Positions 36,301-49,859 of a stretch of 64,000 bases of DNA are shown one piece after another. The first letter of the stretch is position 1, and every line of letters starts with the position of its first letter. Below the pieces are notes generated by a model. It made no database searches and was not told where the DNA came from. It saw nothing but the letters and a program-made list of their open reading frames with translations. The position numbers and the translations under genes were made by a program. This stretch comes from Amphiscolops sp. MND2022 (lineage: Eukaryota): NCBI GenBank assembly GCA_964187785.1, contig OZ076413.1, positions 73,036,001 through 73,100,000 of the forward strand, written 5' to 3'.

Positions 36301-38847
36301 ATGCACTCGCACCAGAGATGCAGAGAGGTAACTGTTTGGCTCGTAAACAAACAATGCCAAGGTAACCAGTTCAGATTTAGCCATGACTTGGTCTAGTGTT
36401 TCTTGACAGACACATACTTTCTTCAGAGATCCGTTTTCCAGCAAAGCACGAAACAACGTTCAAATGCCTCATTTTTCCCAAGGCGCACTCCATGTTTTTG
36501 ACCTGAGCCTATTGCGTCCAGAACAAGACGTAACACCCCCGCGACAAACTCTTGACACAGCAACGACTGAAGCAAATCGATAAACAGGAAAGAGGTCTAT
36601 AACTAACACGATCAGACAATTCCACATAACTACACATTAGAAATACAAGTAAAAAATACACACAATGAACGGAGAACCAACAAAAGCACACACAAGTTTC
36701 GGATCTGCTCAATCTCAAGCGGAATTCTGATGTGTTTTCTCCCAGGGAAACGCAAAAGTGCCCCCACAAGCGACACAGAAAAGTAATATCGCCGCCACTC
36801 TTTCGCATATGCATCAGACTCATGAAGAGAACTTTCGACTCCACACAGGAATGCTTCGGCAAGAACTCTTCCGGGAAGGGGCATCCCTCAGCCAAGTCTA
36901 TGAAGAGACGAAAACGATACTCGGCTATCTGATTGGTTGATACCACCAGGGGCTCCAAAAGTCTGTTGTACCCATGTGTATTCTATACCGAACGTCACGA
37001 AACCAATGTCCATCCAAAAAAATGCCGCTTAAGTTCGACTGGCTCATGCGCCTTCATCGACACATCTCGAAGGCAAACCCGGCAAAAGACGAAAGTTGAT
37101 TTGCCACATTTGGAACCACTGACAATTCCAGAGTAAAGGTGCTCTAATGCCAACATACCCTTGTGTAAGAGATGCCAGATACTGTACTTGCGCACCCACC
37201 GATGACAGTGATCTCCAACTTTCTCCGTGAGCTTGCTATGTCATGTAAACAACACACAAGATCTGTACATCAAAATCAAAGAACAGCACAGACAGAAAAC
37301 AGAACCATAATACAAAACAGTTCCCAACACAAGGAAGGTCAAACAGCTAACACACAAACCAAAACCAACTGCTCTAGTACTCTGGACAGACATCTTTCCA
37401 TCTCTTCAGCTAGATAGCGACCAAACTAAGCAAGCTCACGTGTATTCACCGGCGTCCCGTTGGGAGTGCCCGCGATTTTTTCCCAGCAGGCGTTACAAAG
37501 AATCCACCATAAGACCACCTATTTCTATTAATCAGATAAAACTCGGAAGAAAAAAGAAAAAACAACAACGTCAGAGTTAATTAGGCGTATGACCGAGAAA
37601 CAAGGAAAGGAAAAGAAAAAAATGAAAAAAGACACACTAACGGCAAAAACCGTCGTCCAAGCTCGCGTAAAGTAGGCGACAGGCTGCCTACACGTACTCA
37701 ACTTCAGCACTTTCTGTTTCATCTTGTGGGGTCAACCCCATCTCCACGAGGCTCAATAACTCTCTTATCACGAGGCAGGGAAACGGCCATTTCCCAGAGT
37801 TCTCAGAATCTTCAGGAACAGCATTAGTCACTGACAAGACAGCAACGGAACGAGGCAGCGGGGTAGGAGACAAAGGTTCAAGCACGGATAACCCGGAAAA
37901 AACAGAAGTCAATGCAGCGTTGACGGAACCAACGTCGACAACGTGGACAACTTCCGATTGGACTAAGTCTTCACCAGTGTAGTTGTACGTAGTTTTGTTT
38001 CCAGTGGCAGCGTTAGTGGGAGGAACACCTTCTTCGTCTTCCATTTTTGAAGAGAGCAAATGAGAATCTTCAAAACGAAAAGGGAAAGATCAACTAGAAA
38101 GAAAAACTGAAAAGAAACTTTCAAAACAGTTACGTCGCTTGGGCGTAATCCATTCGGGAAGAATTGATGGCGTCATAACGACGTAGCTGACGAAGGAAAC
38201 GAATATCAACATAGAAGGTTTTCCTTCATGTTTCATCCAAGCAGACGGAAGAAAATTGCTTTCAAATTGACAAGCTAAAATAGAAAAAAATTCCTTTCAC
38301 AAATCGAAAAGGAAAACACAACAATAGTACTTTAACCCCTTTCCATCAATTCATGTTGACATAATGTCAGATGAAGAAAATTTTGTGCAAAGCACTGCAG
38401 TTAGAAAATGTGCAAATATTACATTAAACCATAGAGAAGCATCTACGGGGTTGACACTTTCTCCCAACCGATGAACGATAAAGGATAATTTCTATCTCAG
38501 AGAAATCTACTTTCGAAGCGGAAAATAGCTTCTACGAAGAGCCGAATTCGCTACAACTACCTCCTTTACAAGCAGCACCTATTCTAAAGGGCATTACAAA
38601 CATGTCACCCGCGACTAGAAACAACCAACGGAAATGGAGAAGCTGAATGATCTTGACGAACCATCAGTCGCAGATTTCGAAGAAACCTATGGAAACGTGA
38701 AAGAAAAATCACAATTCTACTGGAATGCTGGACGAGGAGGAAATTACACCTCCCGCAAAACACAAAAAGGAAGAAAACAACCAGTGCGTGTTTTTCACGA
38801 AGTTCCTGACTGTTCCGAATTACCCGCTCTCAGAAGCAGAGGAGCCC
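30391..38847 (+). mobile_element. Decayed Gypsy/Ty3 internal region (protease-RT-RNaseH-integrase), 5' truncated
   Basis: Protease LVDSGT (~30710). RT motifs PIFAQRKSKGKLRLLV and VDDFGIAAN (31840-32190). Integrase region HG..KHPGI..., TDKGSQF and IIERS (33460-33920). Many stops and frameshifts. Confidence 0.9.
35055..38046 (-). pseudogene. Antisense ORF chain between integrase and the 3' LTR, unknown protein with possible P-loop remnant
   Basis: ATG at 38046 (MEDEEGVPP...), then consecutive minus-strand ORF pieces down to 35055. GIVSGSKCGKST at 37094-37129 and FRLFID ~70 codons downstream. Confidence 0.45.
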
Positions 38848-40955
38848 GGTCACGACCCGCTCCCAGTAGGTGCATTTATTGCCATGAAGGCATACACAGA
38901 TTTGCTAGAGGTCTTGGCCATGGGAAAGATTTTAGGACGTGAGGAAATGAAATACTTCAAGAATTTTTTTTACTTCAGCTAAAACTTCCGTTCTGAACAT
39001 TTTTATACAAGATCATGTTTTCCCTTCCAATTTTGTCGTCTGAAATTTCCGTACTACATCCAAAATTTCCATTCTACATTCGACTAATTATCAAATCGAT
39101 AGATTTCAAAAGAAATTGGTTCTTCTTTTCCCATCCTGAGGAAAATTTTTGAAAAAAAAAGATTATTCCCTGCTCCCAACGGAGTTCACACAATCTAAAA
39201 AGAAACAAACATACAGTAAAGCACCGTTTATTGGTTCACTAGTACGGAACTAGTTAACAAAACTCACTTAAAGCAGAGTCAAGTTATTTAAGCAAACATT
39301 TACAATGTTATGGCAGCGTTACTCAGTTAGACTAGCAACCGGTATTTCTAATTTTACGGACCAATAGCGTCGCATCTTGGATAAGTTATTTGCGCGCCAA
39401 CCAAATAAGAATGATTTTTGTGACGTCGTTAGTTAAAAAGTATAAGAATGAAGACCCACGCGCTACACAACCTCTCCGTCAACTGCTGGTCATCTACAGC
39501 TAATTATAATACGTACGGAGATGCTATGGAGCGATTGTATAATTGTAACAACGAAATGATGCTTTAAAATAGTTTTGAATGGATTTTTGCTAGAAAATGA
39601 AATTTTGTGATGATTCTGTTTAACACAAATTGTACTGTAAGGAAGGATTGAGAACGTGTGCTAACAATCCTAATGATGTTTTGAGTTTTGTGCTATGGTT
39701 CCAATCACGATGTCACAATTACCTTACGTCACAATGGGATTTTTCTTAAAGGATTAGAGTCGAATAGTCTATCTCAGCTGTGAATTGCAACTTGACGAAT
39801 AATACAAAGTGCAACAAAAGGTCATCGTCATCTTTTGTAGCCAGCACTGTAAAATGAATTTGCTCACAAAAACAATACATTTAATAGGATTATGTCGTAT
39901 TGGTTTTCGCGATGAACTATTATGAATCGTCGGAATAAGTTGTCGTATTAGTTGATGTATTATGATAATCAAAGAAGTTCACACCTAATTTGTGCTTTTT
40001 TGCTGAATTGATGATGTGTTATATGAACCCCATCGGACAAATTTGTGATATTCTTGAAATGAAAAATCTTAGCATGCTTTGTTTCAATACTATTCCAGCA
40101 TTTTCCGCCTCCTAACGGTTTTCCTTCTTTTTTATCGCGTCACTTTTTTTGCCCGTCAAACTTTTGTCTCGATCTTCAAATCTTTCAACTTGCGAGTTGA
40201 CTAGTTGTTCAAGTCAGCTTCTTTTTCCGAGAGAAATCTAAGCAGGCTCCTATTTTACCGCCATGTTGACAGTTAAACAGCAAGTGAAATTGCTTGAACA
40301 AAACCTAAATCAAGAAAAATGCCGAATAAACGACGTCACTAGGATTTTGATGATTTTTATGATACCTGAGTTTTGGACATTGGACTGAAATGATATGAAT
40401 AAACTAGGTTTTTCACGATACCTATGAATTTTAAGGTGAGGAACAAATGATGCTGGAAAGATATAAATATGTAACACGTAAGTGTAAAAATTAGTCAATC
40501 TGTTAGTTCTTTCAAGTTTTGTACTCTCCGTTAATTCAACGTTAGAGCGAAAGTTTCTTTGACGAATTCAATATTTACAAAGATCCTGTTCCTTTCAACT
40601 AAAATGACATCTCATAGCCAGAAAAGAAAAGCTGTAGTCGAACTAGTATCAGGCAATTGCGAAGCTTCAGTACTCAAAAATATTCAACATGAGAAGTCAG
40701 TAGCAGGTTACAAGTAATAATACTGAAAATTTAGACGAAATCAAAAAGTCACTGAGAAAAGAGATAAGGTCTGATCTTACAAGATCTTGACAGAAAATCC
40801 GAAGAAAAGGTTGGAACTTGTTAAGAAACCTACGATTCCGCAAAGCCTAGAAGGCTCCGATTCGGAATCAGAGAATACCCTTCCTACATCAACGTCGACC
40901 CTATTAAAACCAAAAGCGACTACCTCTAAAATCACTCTGGTGAATAGTCGTAACA
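38848..40955 (+). mobile_element. 3' LTR of the Gypsy element (~2.1 kb)
   Basis: Starts ggtcacgac after a purine-rich tract and ends GTCGTAACA. Colinear with 27052-30134, with an extra ~350 bp near 40000-40380. Confidence 0.72.
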
Positions 40956-41730
40956 TAGAAATTGAAAAGATTCACTAGCCATGTGAACAACTTCGGGCCT
41001 GATTTGACATGCTCAAATGAGCATGCTGTGTTGTGAAGTATGACATTATCAATTTCATGCAGCTGGATATCTTCATTATACCAAAAATTATACCGTTATG
41101 TTTTTTGCTCGAGGTGGTGAATGAGTTCAATTTGTTGATTCGGCATGTGCTGAAAATCCTTCTCATTGAATTTTTTTCCGCTGAAAAAGGTGTCCATGAG
41201 TACATCAGTACATCGGTTTTTCTGTGGCTGTGAAGCAAAGTCCATTTCTACATTTTAGGGGAGCAACCATTCTGTCTCTTTCATTGAAGAAGATCTTTTT
41301 GATTTTTTTCCGGATTTTATTCCCGTAATGTGCATTGTTGAAACCTTGCAGTGTCGTTTTAGTCCAGTTACATGCTGCTGCGAGTCAAATCGGTTTCTGA
41401 ATTTTTCGCGAGCATCTTTCAAAGCTGCATGATTTTTTAGAGTTGAACAACATTTGAACTGTTTTTGAAGCTCAGTTAAGCTGTTGCTTATGTCCGTAAG
41501 AAGTTTGTACCAAAAGGGCTTACTATATACTGTGCAGATTTTGATTGGAATGCCAAACTTGTCTACATCTTCCAATGTTTGTCTAATCGTCAACCATGCT
41601 TCATCAGGATTATTGTATATCGGGATAGCAGGCTCCATTTACTGACTTCTTTTTCCAATGTTTCACGCCATCTGTTCGAGCCCGATCAGCGCTTTCCATC
41701 GATTGACACTGTCTCGGATGTTTCTTTACA
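40956..41730 (-). mobile_element. LINE ORF2 fragment (between endonuclease and RT)
   Basis: ORF 41255-41638 (EAWLTIRQTL...SKPFWYKLL) and SGPKLFTWLVNLF adjacent to the LTR end. Confidence 0.72.
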
Positions 41731-42999
41731 AACAATCTCCTAATCGTCATGTTATTTTAATCGTCAAATATTTTAATACCAACTCATGCTATTGGTATTC
41801 CTCCTCCAAATTTACATCCACCACCTCTACAACGACGCTCAACTCAACCCATAACTACACAACCTTCTACTTCAAATTCACCCCAATCATAAAATTCTCC
41901 TTCTGCTTCCCCTACTCCTACTTCGATTCCATAAATTCTTTTGTTAGGCAATCTTCCGTTTCTCTCAAAATGTTTCAACCACTCCCTCCTATTCCGCTTT
42001 CTTTTCATCCCACTATCACCACTCAACCTCAATCCCACCATTCTCTACCTTCCTTTCATCTAGCACTTTCATCATCCACTCACTACCCTCAACCTTCTCT
42101 TTGAACTTCACAAAATCGTTCTTCAGTCCCTCCTCCTGGACATTTTACTTCTGAAACCAACTCTTACGACATTTATGCATCGCTCCACCCAGGTTTTCAT
42201 ACCTATCCTCATTCTTTCCATCCTCGTTTACCTCCTAACCCTCTTCCACATCTAGTTCTATCTATCCATTTTTTCAAAACCCTTGTCAACCATTTCCGTC
42301 TGTATTTCAAACGACTCCTTCTGTTCCTTTCGCCGCTCTTTGTGATCCCAATAATTTTTTCGATGTCTTATATTGTACATACACTCCTGAAAAGGTTTTG
42401 GCTCATTTTAGTGACTGTGAAACGTTTCAACTTGGACCTCAACATTTTGATATAAAACCATATTCACCATGGCACTCGAGACCTATGTGACTCCATTACT
42501 TTCTCTCAAAGGGAATGCCTCAAACTGGTAATATCATGTACATCAAGTCTATAGATCACTGATTTTCTTTCGTACAATTTTTCATAAAAACAATTCTACT
42601 CTCAAAACATGCATACCATGCCCAACTTGAAGCACTCTCAGTTGTTAAAATTGATAATAAAACGTACGACCTTATGCCTTGAAAGTTGAATCCTTGGATG
42701 AACAAGGCTGGTATAATGAAAACCCCTCTACTTTAAATCTCAAACGCAGTGAAATTTCCACTCGTGGTCTTCTGAACAATAAAAAAAATTGCAAACAAAC
42801 GCAAGTTGAACTAATTCAAGTTACCTTTAACCTTCTTTGCTGCTTAAACTTGTTGCGTTCTTGTTATAAAGTCTAAAATGTACTTGAGAAATTGTTCAGT
42901 TTTGAGCGAAACCGTTATCGTTCATAGATTCATCTTTCTTGCGGATATTTAGGTAAGATTTCCAAAGATGGAACTTAGATTTTCTTTTCAGCGTTCTGT

Positions 43000-45900
43000 C
43001 GAGAGAAAACCAATCGATTAAACGATCTCAGTTAACCCTGATTATATAGTTATAGGGAATACAACAATAAAGAACATATTTGACTGAATAATATTATAAG
43101 AATAATATTTGAATGAATAATATAATAGTTACAATTTGACTGAATAATTATCAAGATATTACGAATTCAGATTGCTTGTGGAAAATAGATGGATTAGTGG
43201 ATTACACACTATTGAGACATCAACTTCTTGAATTAGATGGTGTCAGGTGACACTTTAGATAAATGTCAAATCTGTTGAAATGATTGAAGTCGTGTATCAT
43301 GGAATCAAAATTATCCGGGTTTGTTTGAAAACTTAATATATTCACATATGAAAATTTGTAATTGGCAATACATTGGTAATACATTTGTCATATTTACATA
43401 ATGAAAATAGGATTTTTGATCTAAAATGGTTTTGAATTATGGTTTACAGTGTTATGAAAAAATTTTGTTCTAGAATGCGCGCTCAGTTCTAAGAAGTGCA
43501 CTATACGTAAGGAATGAGAACAACTTAAAACGGTTGAGTTACCTTCTTATGTTCGATTCACCTTGATGGAACGTCGAAAAGTCAGTTTGAAATAGGACTA
43601 ACAATTTGGTTCTAGTTCTTGTTTGACGACATATTTCATTTGATTCGTTTAAATGTTGATCTCTATGAAGTGTGCATTCATCGGCCTTGACTTGCAAAAT
43701 ATTCAAAGTCATTCAGCATGAGTTATTATAAATGAAAAACTTTCAAGGGCTGAAGACATATGATCAATTTAGGTTGTCATTAAATTATGAGCCAACATTG
43801 GCGGGTAGTGAACGATAGTGAAAATAAGTCCTTTGTTCTTTAGAAAGACATGTTTTAGAAGTATATGGTATGGTACTGTGAAATGAAAAAACGGGAAAGA
43901 CTGTGTTAATTTGTTATAGAAGGAACTTTGTACTATGCACTAGAATATACATTCTGCACATTGAGAGATATTATTAAAACAAGATTGCAAGATAACACAA
44001 TCAAATACTATGGTTGCAGTAGAACACTAGTATAAAATGTTTGGATACAAAATTATACAATGAAGAAAGAATTAGGGATGTTTGAAATAATGTTTATGGT
44101 TTTGAAAAGTCTATGTTGACATTCAAGAAGAGCAATGATGAAGGAGTAAGCTGGGGTTGCAGAAGTGAAGTCAGCAGGCGGTGAATTGAAGACAGTAAGT
44201 GAACGTCATTGTGAGCGGCAGAAGTGAAGTCAACAGAGTTGTCTGAACTGGAAGTCATCATGTCAGCATATCCATCGTAGGTTCTTTTGAGGAGAATGGA
44301 TGGGTTTGAAGAGCTTGCGCTTGATATTTCGCAGGATCGTACTTCTCGAGAACTTGGGTAATTCAACGTTGTTGAAAGCATCTAAAACTTCGTGTTTAGC
44401 CTGAAGGAAATGAAAAGTTTTTTGTTAAAGGAAGTGTTATCACGATCAGAGACAATGCTGAAAGTGGTCTCACAGATTGCAATACGAATACCAGCAGAAT
44501 GGAGGCGATAATATCGTTGAAATGAAATCTTCTTTTGCAAAAGTAAGAAAAAATTCTGTATTTTTTTGAAGAAGACTTTGCGTGTCGAGACTGAACTTGA
44601 CCACGATTAATTTCGACGCAATTGTTTTGAAGATAGCAACTTTAGGACAGTTAGCATTGAAAGTAGAGATTGTTTTCGTAGTTTGGCTGGATGTAGAAAC
44701 TGTGGTCGTCTCCGATTGAGAATTCACCTCAAAAACGAACCGACGAAATTGCCGGAAAAGGTGGCCTTGGCCGTGATGAAACGTGTTTGCAAAAAACTGG
44801 AAGGTGGAGTGGCAATCAAAGATTTAGGATTGGTGGAGATCTGTGAATGAGTGCTCCATGAAAAAGAAAGAGAATGGAAGGATGAATAGAAGACTGATTC
44901 TGAGTTAAAATAAAAATGAGTATCAATGAAACAAATGTAATACACTTGAATGTGCTAACTAGTTCCAGAACTTTGAATGTTGCTTTGTTTTGTATAGTGT
45001 GATTTATATCAAGTATTAATCAGACGAAGGTGGCAGTATTCAAAGTGCCAACATAGGATAAAAAAAGGAAGAATTTTGTTCAATAAAATTGAAAAACCCT
45101 TTCCTGTAGAATGGGTAAAATTGTACTGAACGAAAGTGATTTTCTTGTGTATTTTAACGAGAATTAGAAGAAAAGAAGAGTGTATGTAGGGTATCTAATG
45201 TTGCTTGATTTGCTTTTGACATGTGGATGATTCTTTGAGAGTGATGAAGTAGAGGTAAGAGAATTTTATAAGGACGATAAGAGTGTTGTAGGATATTTAT
45301 GAGAAAAAGTTTGGGAGAATCAGATGGATTCTTTTTGTATGGTTCAAGTTTCTGTGTATTGTCAAGACGGATACGTGAATCAGGAATAAATGTCATTTTG
45401 TCAGTGGTGGTGAGTGGTGTTGAAAAATGTTGTTGCGTGTTGTAATGTTCGAAAGGTGGTGATTTGGTGTGGTCAGGAGGGAGTTTTCATTCCTTCTTCG
45501 GACCTCACCATGGAAGAAATAAATGCAAGAGGAAATGAAAAGGAGTATCGCTATACAAATGGGCGTGTAATGACAGAGCTCTGTAATATGCTATTCCTTA
45601 TATATTACAGAGCATTCTTTATTTATGCTATTTTTGGTAAGCAGTGGTGTCGAATGTGATTGATCTTTGGTAATATGTTCAGGAGGTGTATCATCACACA
45701 TTTCTGAAGAGCCGGTGACTGTATTAGTAGATTCCAGTTTTCATTCGAAGGTTTAATAAAAAATGTTCATGAAAGATAATTGGAGAATCATTTCTAAATG
45801 GTGTGGCTGTAAGGTCTTCGATGTAAGAAAAAGTTTTGAAGATGCGCTTGAGTCATATTGAAAGTTAATAGCGAGTAGCTTTATCGTGCTCAGGAGGAGA

Positions 45901-48900
45901 AAGTAGTGTCACTTTCGAATTTTTAATGGGCTGTTCTGGATGGAGACTTCGAGCTGGGACTCAGTTTTTACCAAGATTGGTAGATTCAGGTTAAATGTCA
46001 CACGTTAAGAGAGTTTTTCTTTGGTTGGAGAAGGAAGCAACTGTGGATGTTTAAGGAAAGTTTGGAATGTCTTATGGTAAAAAAATGGCGGTGGCTCTGC
46101 TCGAGTATACTTCGTTTTGGTAAAAACTTCGACAGGATACTTGAATATTGAGGTAATGATGTTGGTGGTATAGTTGATGGTAAGGGTTGAGTTTTGCTAA
46201 AAGTTAAATGTATAATTAGAAAAGAATTTACGCTTAGGAAAGAATTTGTAACGTGACATTTTTCTCATAATTCTCTAATGGGGCGCTTAAAGTAGAAATT
46301 TGGTGGAGAAGTACCAACAGTTGAACCTCGTGGGAATGATTATTGATCATGAGAAGATTTTTGATTTTCTGATTGGTCATCAGAAACAATAGAGCATTCA
46401 TCTGATGGGATTTCAGTGATGGTTCATGAAAGAATTTGGTTGAAAACAGTGTTCAGGATATTGTTCGTTTTTTTAAGAAATAGAGTTTTTTAGGTCAATG
46501 ACCATTCCGGCTGTCTGAATGATCATTAAACTAGGTGCAATGAAAATAAATACTGTGATGTTTCGTTTTAGATTATATTTAATAGTGCTTTTGTTTATTT
46601 GTTTTGACGGGAAGTGCTAGAATTGCCTGTACAAATGGAAATGTAAAAAAAACATATTCCACATTTGAAAACGACTTAACACCGGTAACTAGAGAGTGTA
46701 TTAAAAAGATCAGCAAACCATGATGGTGTAAAAAGTGAAGTAAGGTTGAGAGTATCATGTAGTCCAGTTCGAAGTGTTTTATATGGGTTATGTTGAGTCT
46801 TTGTATCAAAATCAGGAGTATCAGTAGAATTGAAAGAATAACAAGGAGCTTTTCTTTGTAATTGAAGTGTAGAGTCTGAATGCTTTGGAAAAATTATCTT
46901 TCAAACTTCGTCAAGTTCTGCATTTGAATGAATAGCAGCATCATGAGTTTTGATTGTATAAGGTCGGGTTGTAGTTTTCATTTGAGAACATGCGAGCATT
47001 ACGAGAAACATCCCGGTGAAGAGGATTTCAGTCATGCGGCGTAATCTGTTTATTTCGTAAAATGGTCATTCAGCCTAAGTCAGTCAAGACGGCCTTTGCA
47101 TGGACGGTGTAGCTCTGTCAGCGCGCGTAATGGAAAATGGTATAATTTAGTCAAGGAGGGTAGTTAGTGAAAAGTAGAAGTTAGTCCAAAAATAGACTTT
47201 TCCGAAATTCGGTCAACCTTTGATTAATTTCAACTTATTGCAAGAACAGCGAGCTGTAATTTGCAAAAAGTGGAATGTGGCCAAAGTTTGAATAACTTAC
47301 ACCATGGTTGTATGCATTCAATTTTTGGTGTTCACGTTAATTCCAATTCATACAACCACATCGTAAAACAGTCAAATTATTCAATGATTCATTGAATAAC
47401 TATTTGTTAGCAGCAAGCACTACAGTACACGGTACGAAAGAGCCGCAGTGCGCACGTGTACACGTGTTTTTCATTCACGTGTTTCACGTGCAGATAATTA
47501 TTATAAACATACATAGATTTACCTTGGGGCTACCTTTCAGTACCACTACCTTGTAGCACTAATTATATCAAAGCAGCGCTAATCATATGCCTTATTTGGC
47601 TCCTCGAAAAACATTGTGTCTTATCCACCAGAAACACCGCCATTTATGTCCAAATGAATGAATGTAGGTAAATAATTAAAACAAAACAACCTAACAAACC
47701 AAAAAAAAATATGAGTTTTAAAACAGAATCATATTTATTCTAAATCATGAACTAAACTTTGGTCCCTGTCGTGAGCACTTTCAAAAGCACTGTCTGATTA
47801 CGAATTACTAGTACAACACTGTAGTAAGAGTGCTTCACATTTATGTAATTCTTATGTATTGAAATTGACTGAAGCAAAATGTGTATGCGAATGAAGCAGT
47901 GGAGTTATGGACCAACCAGTGGAATTATAAATCTACTTGTGTGATTACCAGAACCACGTGTAATTGTGAGATGCACATTGTAGGTAGTCCATTTCCGTAG
48001 AATCGAGGTTTGGTGTAAACTACCCAATTACTAAAATTTTTGATGGTTTAAACTTGTCAATTTACGAAGCTGTGTCAACTAGTGTAACGTCCTATCGATG
48101 CGTGTAATGTCTGACAAGTATTAGGCTTCCAGAAATCATTCGCGCTCTGATTGGAGAAAATCAAACTAGCAGGATCCTGCTAGTTCGTTACCGGGATGTG
48201 TCTCGTAATGAGGTTCTCGCTTTGTAGGTTCTAGGCAAAGGATATAAAAATCATGACTGTCAGAATCGCGGTCAAGTCCTACAAAGTTTCTAGGTTTAAC
48301 ATCACTTGGTATAGGAGAAGCAAAAAAGTAAGATTGTCTTGTTATAGTTTCTACTAACATAGAAGTGTCCTTGTAATGTTTGGGATTCAGTTAAAGCAAC
48401 GATTGGTTTTGTGTATATTAGTGAAAAACAACGAGGACAGTCTTATACCCAGGCTGTAGAAACTTCAACGTACAGAAAGTTCCGTATGTTTCCTGCTAAA
48501 AGGAATCCAATAAATTGAGGGATGTGTTCAGACATCGCAAGTATCGAAATCAGTTGATTGGGTTCTAATTCGCACGGTATGAAGAGAAATGTCATGGAAC
48601 GATATACATGATTGATAATATAGTTTTTTTGTAATTATACGCGCATCGTAATCAAGGGTAGCAAATTTGTTTTAAAAATTCAGAGCCGGAGAAAAAGTTA
48701 TTTTTTTTGATGAAATGTCTAACACTGGATTGTATGGTACCAAGAGATCGGAATATTGGGTTGCAGAAAGATGGTCAAGCTTGCCACAAAAGGTTTGGGA
48801 AGGAGTAAAAAGTACAAAACGTAATAAACTTGATTTATTCGGGTTTTGGCTATGAGGGGCTTTAATGTAAGGATAGGAAAATCTTTTCATTCCTGAAGTA

Positions 48901-49820
48901 GTGTCAGTTTTGTTAGGAAGTCCAGAACGTATGAAAGAGTCAGCTTCTATCCAATAACGATCTTCAATTTCGGTCATTCCTCCAATTAAGTCTTGTAGAG
49001 TAAAGATTAAACAGAAGTCATGGCTGAACCATACAATAGAAAAAACTGTTCTAGTTGTGGGTTCAGAAACCTGCTGCAAAACAACAGGGTAATGTATGGC
49101 TGTCAAATGTCCTAACATTTTCTGTATCATCATACGTTAGTTCTATTTCAGAGACAATAAGTCTGCGACTCAGTAAACTTACCTCGATTTGGGATGTGCG
49201 AGACTTTTATGGAGAGTGTTCTTTATTGGATCGTAAAGCAATTTTTTGTCTTCTGGCATGTATGCAAATGTACTAGGATAACATATGCAAATGTTAAAAA
49301 TTTAGCCCGTAAAGTGTGCATGAAATTGTTCAAGTATCTCTTGAAAATAGTGGTCCTCTTGAAGTGTAAATGTCCTATTGTAATTAAAGTTATCAAATGT
49401 TTTGCTCTTTAATTTCTTAGGATATCAAAACAATTTTTACATTCTAACAAGCAATACAGTAAAGTGTAAAGTATTGGACCGATCCTTGAAAGCATATTTT
49501 TGTCCCTTTTTCACGTAAGCTTCATAATTGAAAACTTTGACACGAATAGTTTTCAACTCAAACATAGACTCAGGTTTTAACTATACCAAGATGTATGTTT
49601 GAAGGAGCTTCAGTACATTGTTTGACGTTCAAAAGATTGAATTGTCTCAAACTATAATGTTTTTCACAATTTTGGTGGGAAAAATTACGTTCAAAATTTT
49701 TGGGTCATCTGATGAAGATAGTGTTCTGCTCAGTATCGTGTGTAAGCGCATAAGACATTATTCAGTCTATTATCTAGTATTAGATGAGATCGATCTTCGT
49801 TTAGTTGTTTAGCTGGATTT
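43000..49820 (-). mobile_element. Decayed env-like glycoprotein unit, copy 1 (with ~1.1-kb insertion at ~47000-48150)
   Basis: RQFNLLNVKQCTEAPSNI (~49600-49660) and FCGKLDHLSATQYSDLLV (~48790) match copy 2. The 43.0-46.9 kb region is colinear with 49.9-54.6 kb. Confidence 0.6.
47453..47490. promoter_or_regulatory. Cluster of four CACGTG E-boxes
   Basis: CACGTG at 47453, 47461, 47476 and 47485. Function untested. Confidence 0.4.
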
Positions 49821-49859
49821 CTGATCTAGACTTAGTCTTTTTTTCTTCGTTCTATATTG

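Noticed and set aside
47418-47826. CACTA element (CACTACAGT ... ACTGTAGTA)
   Set aside because: Only an 8/9-bp inverted match, with no TSD or subterminal repeats.
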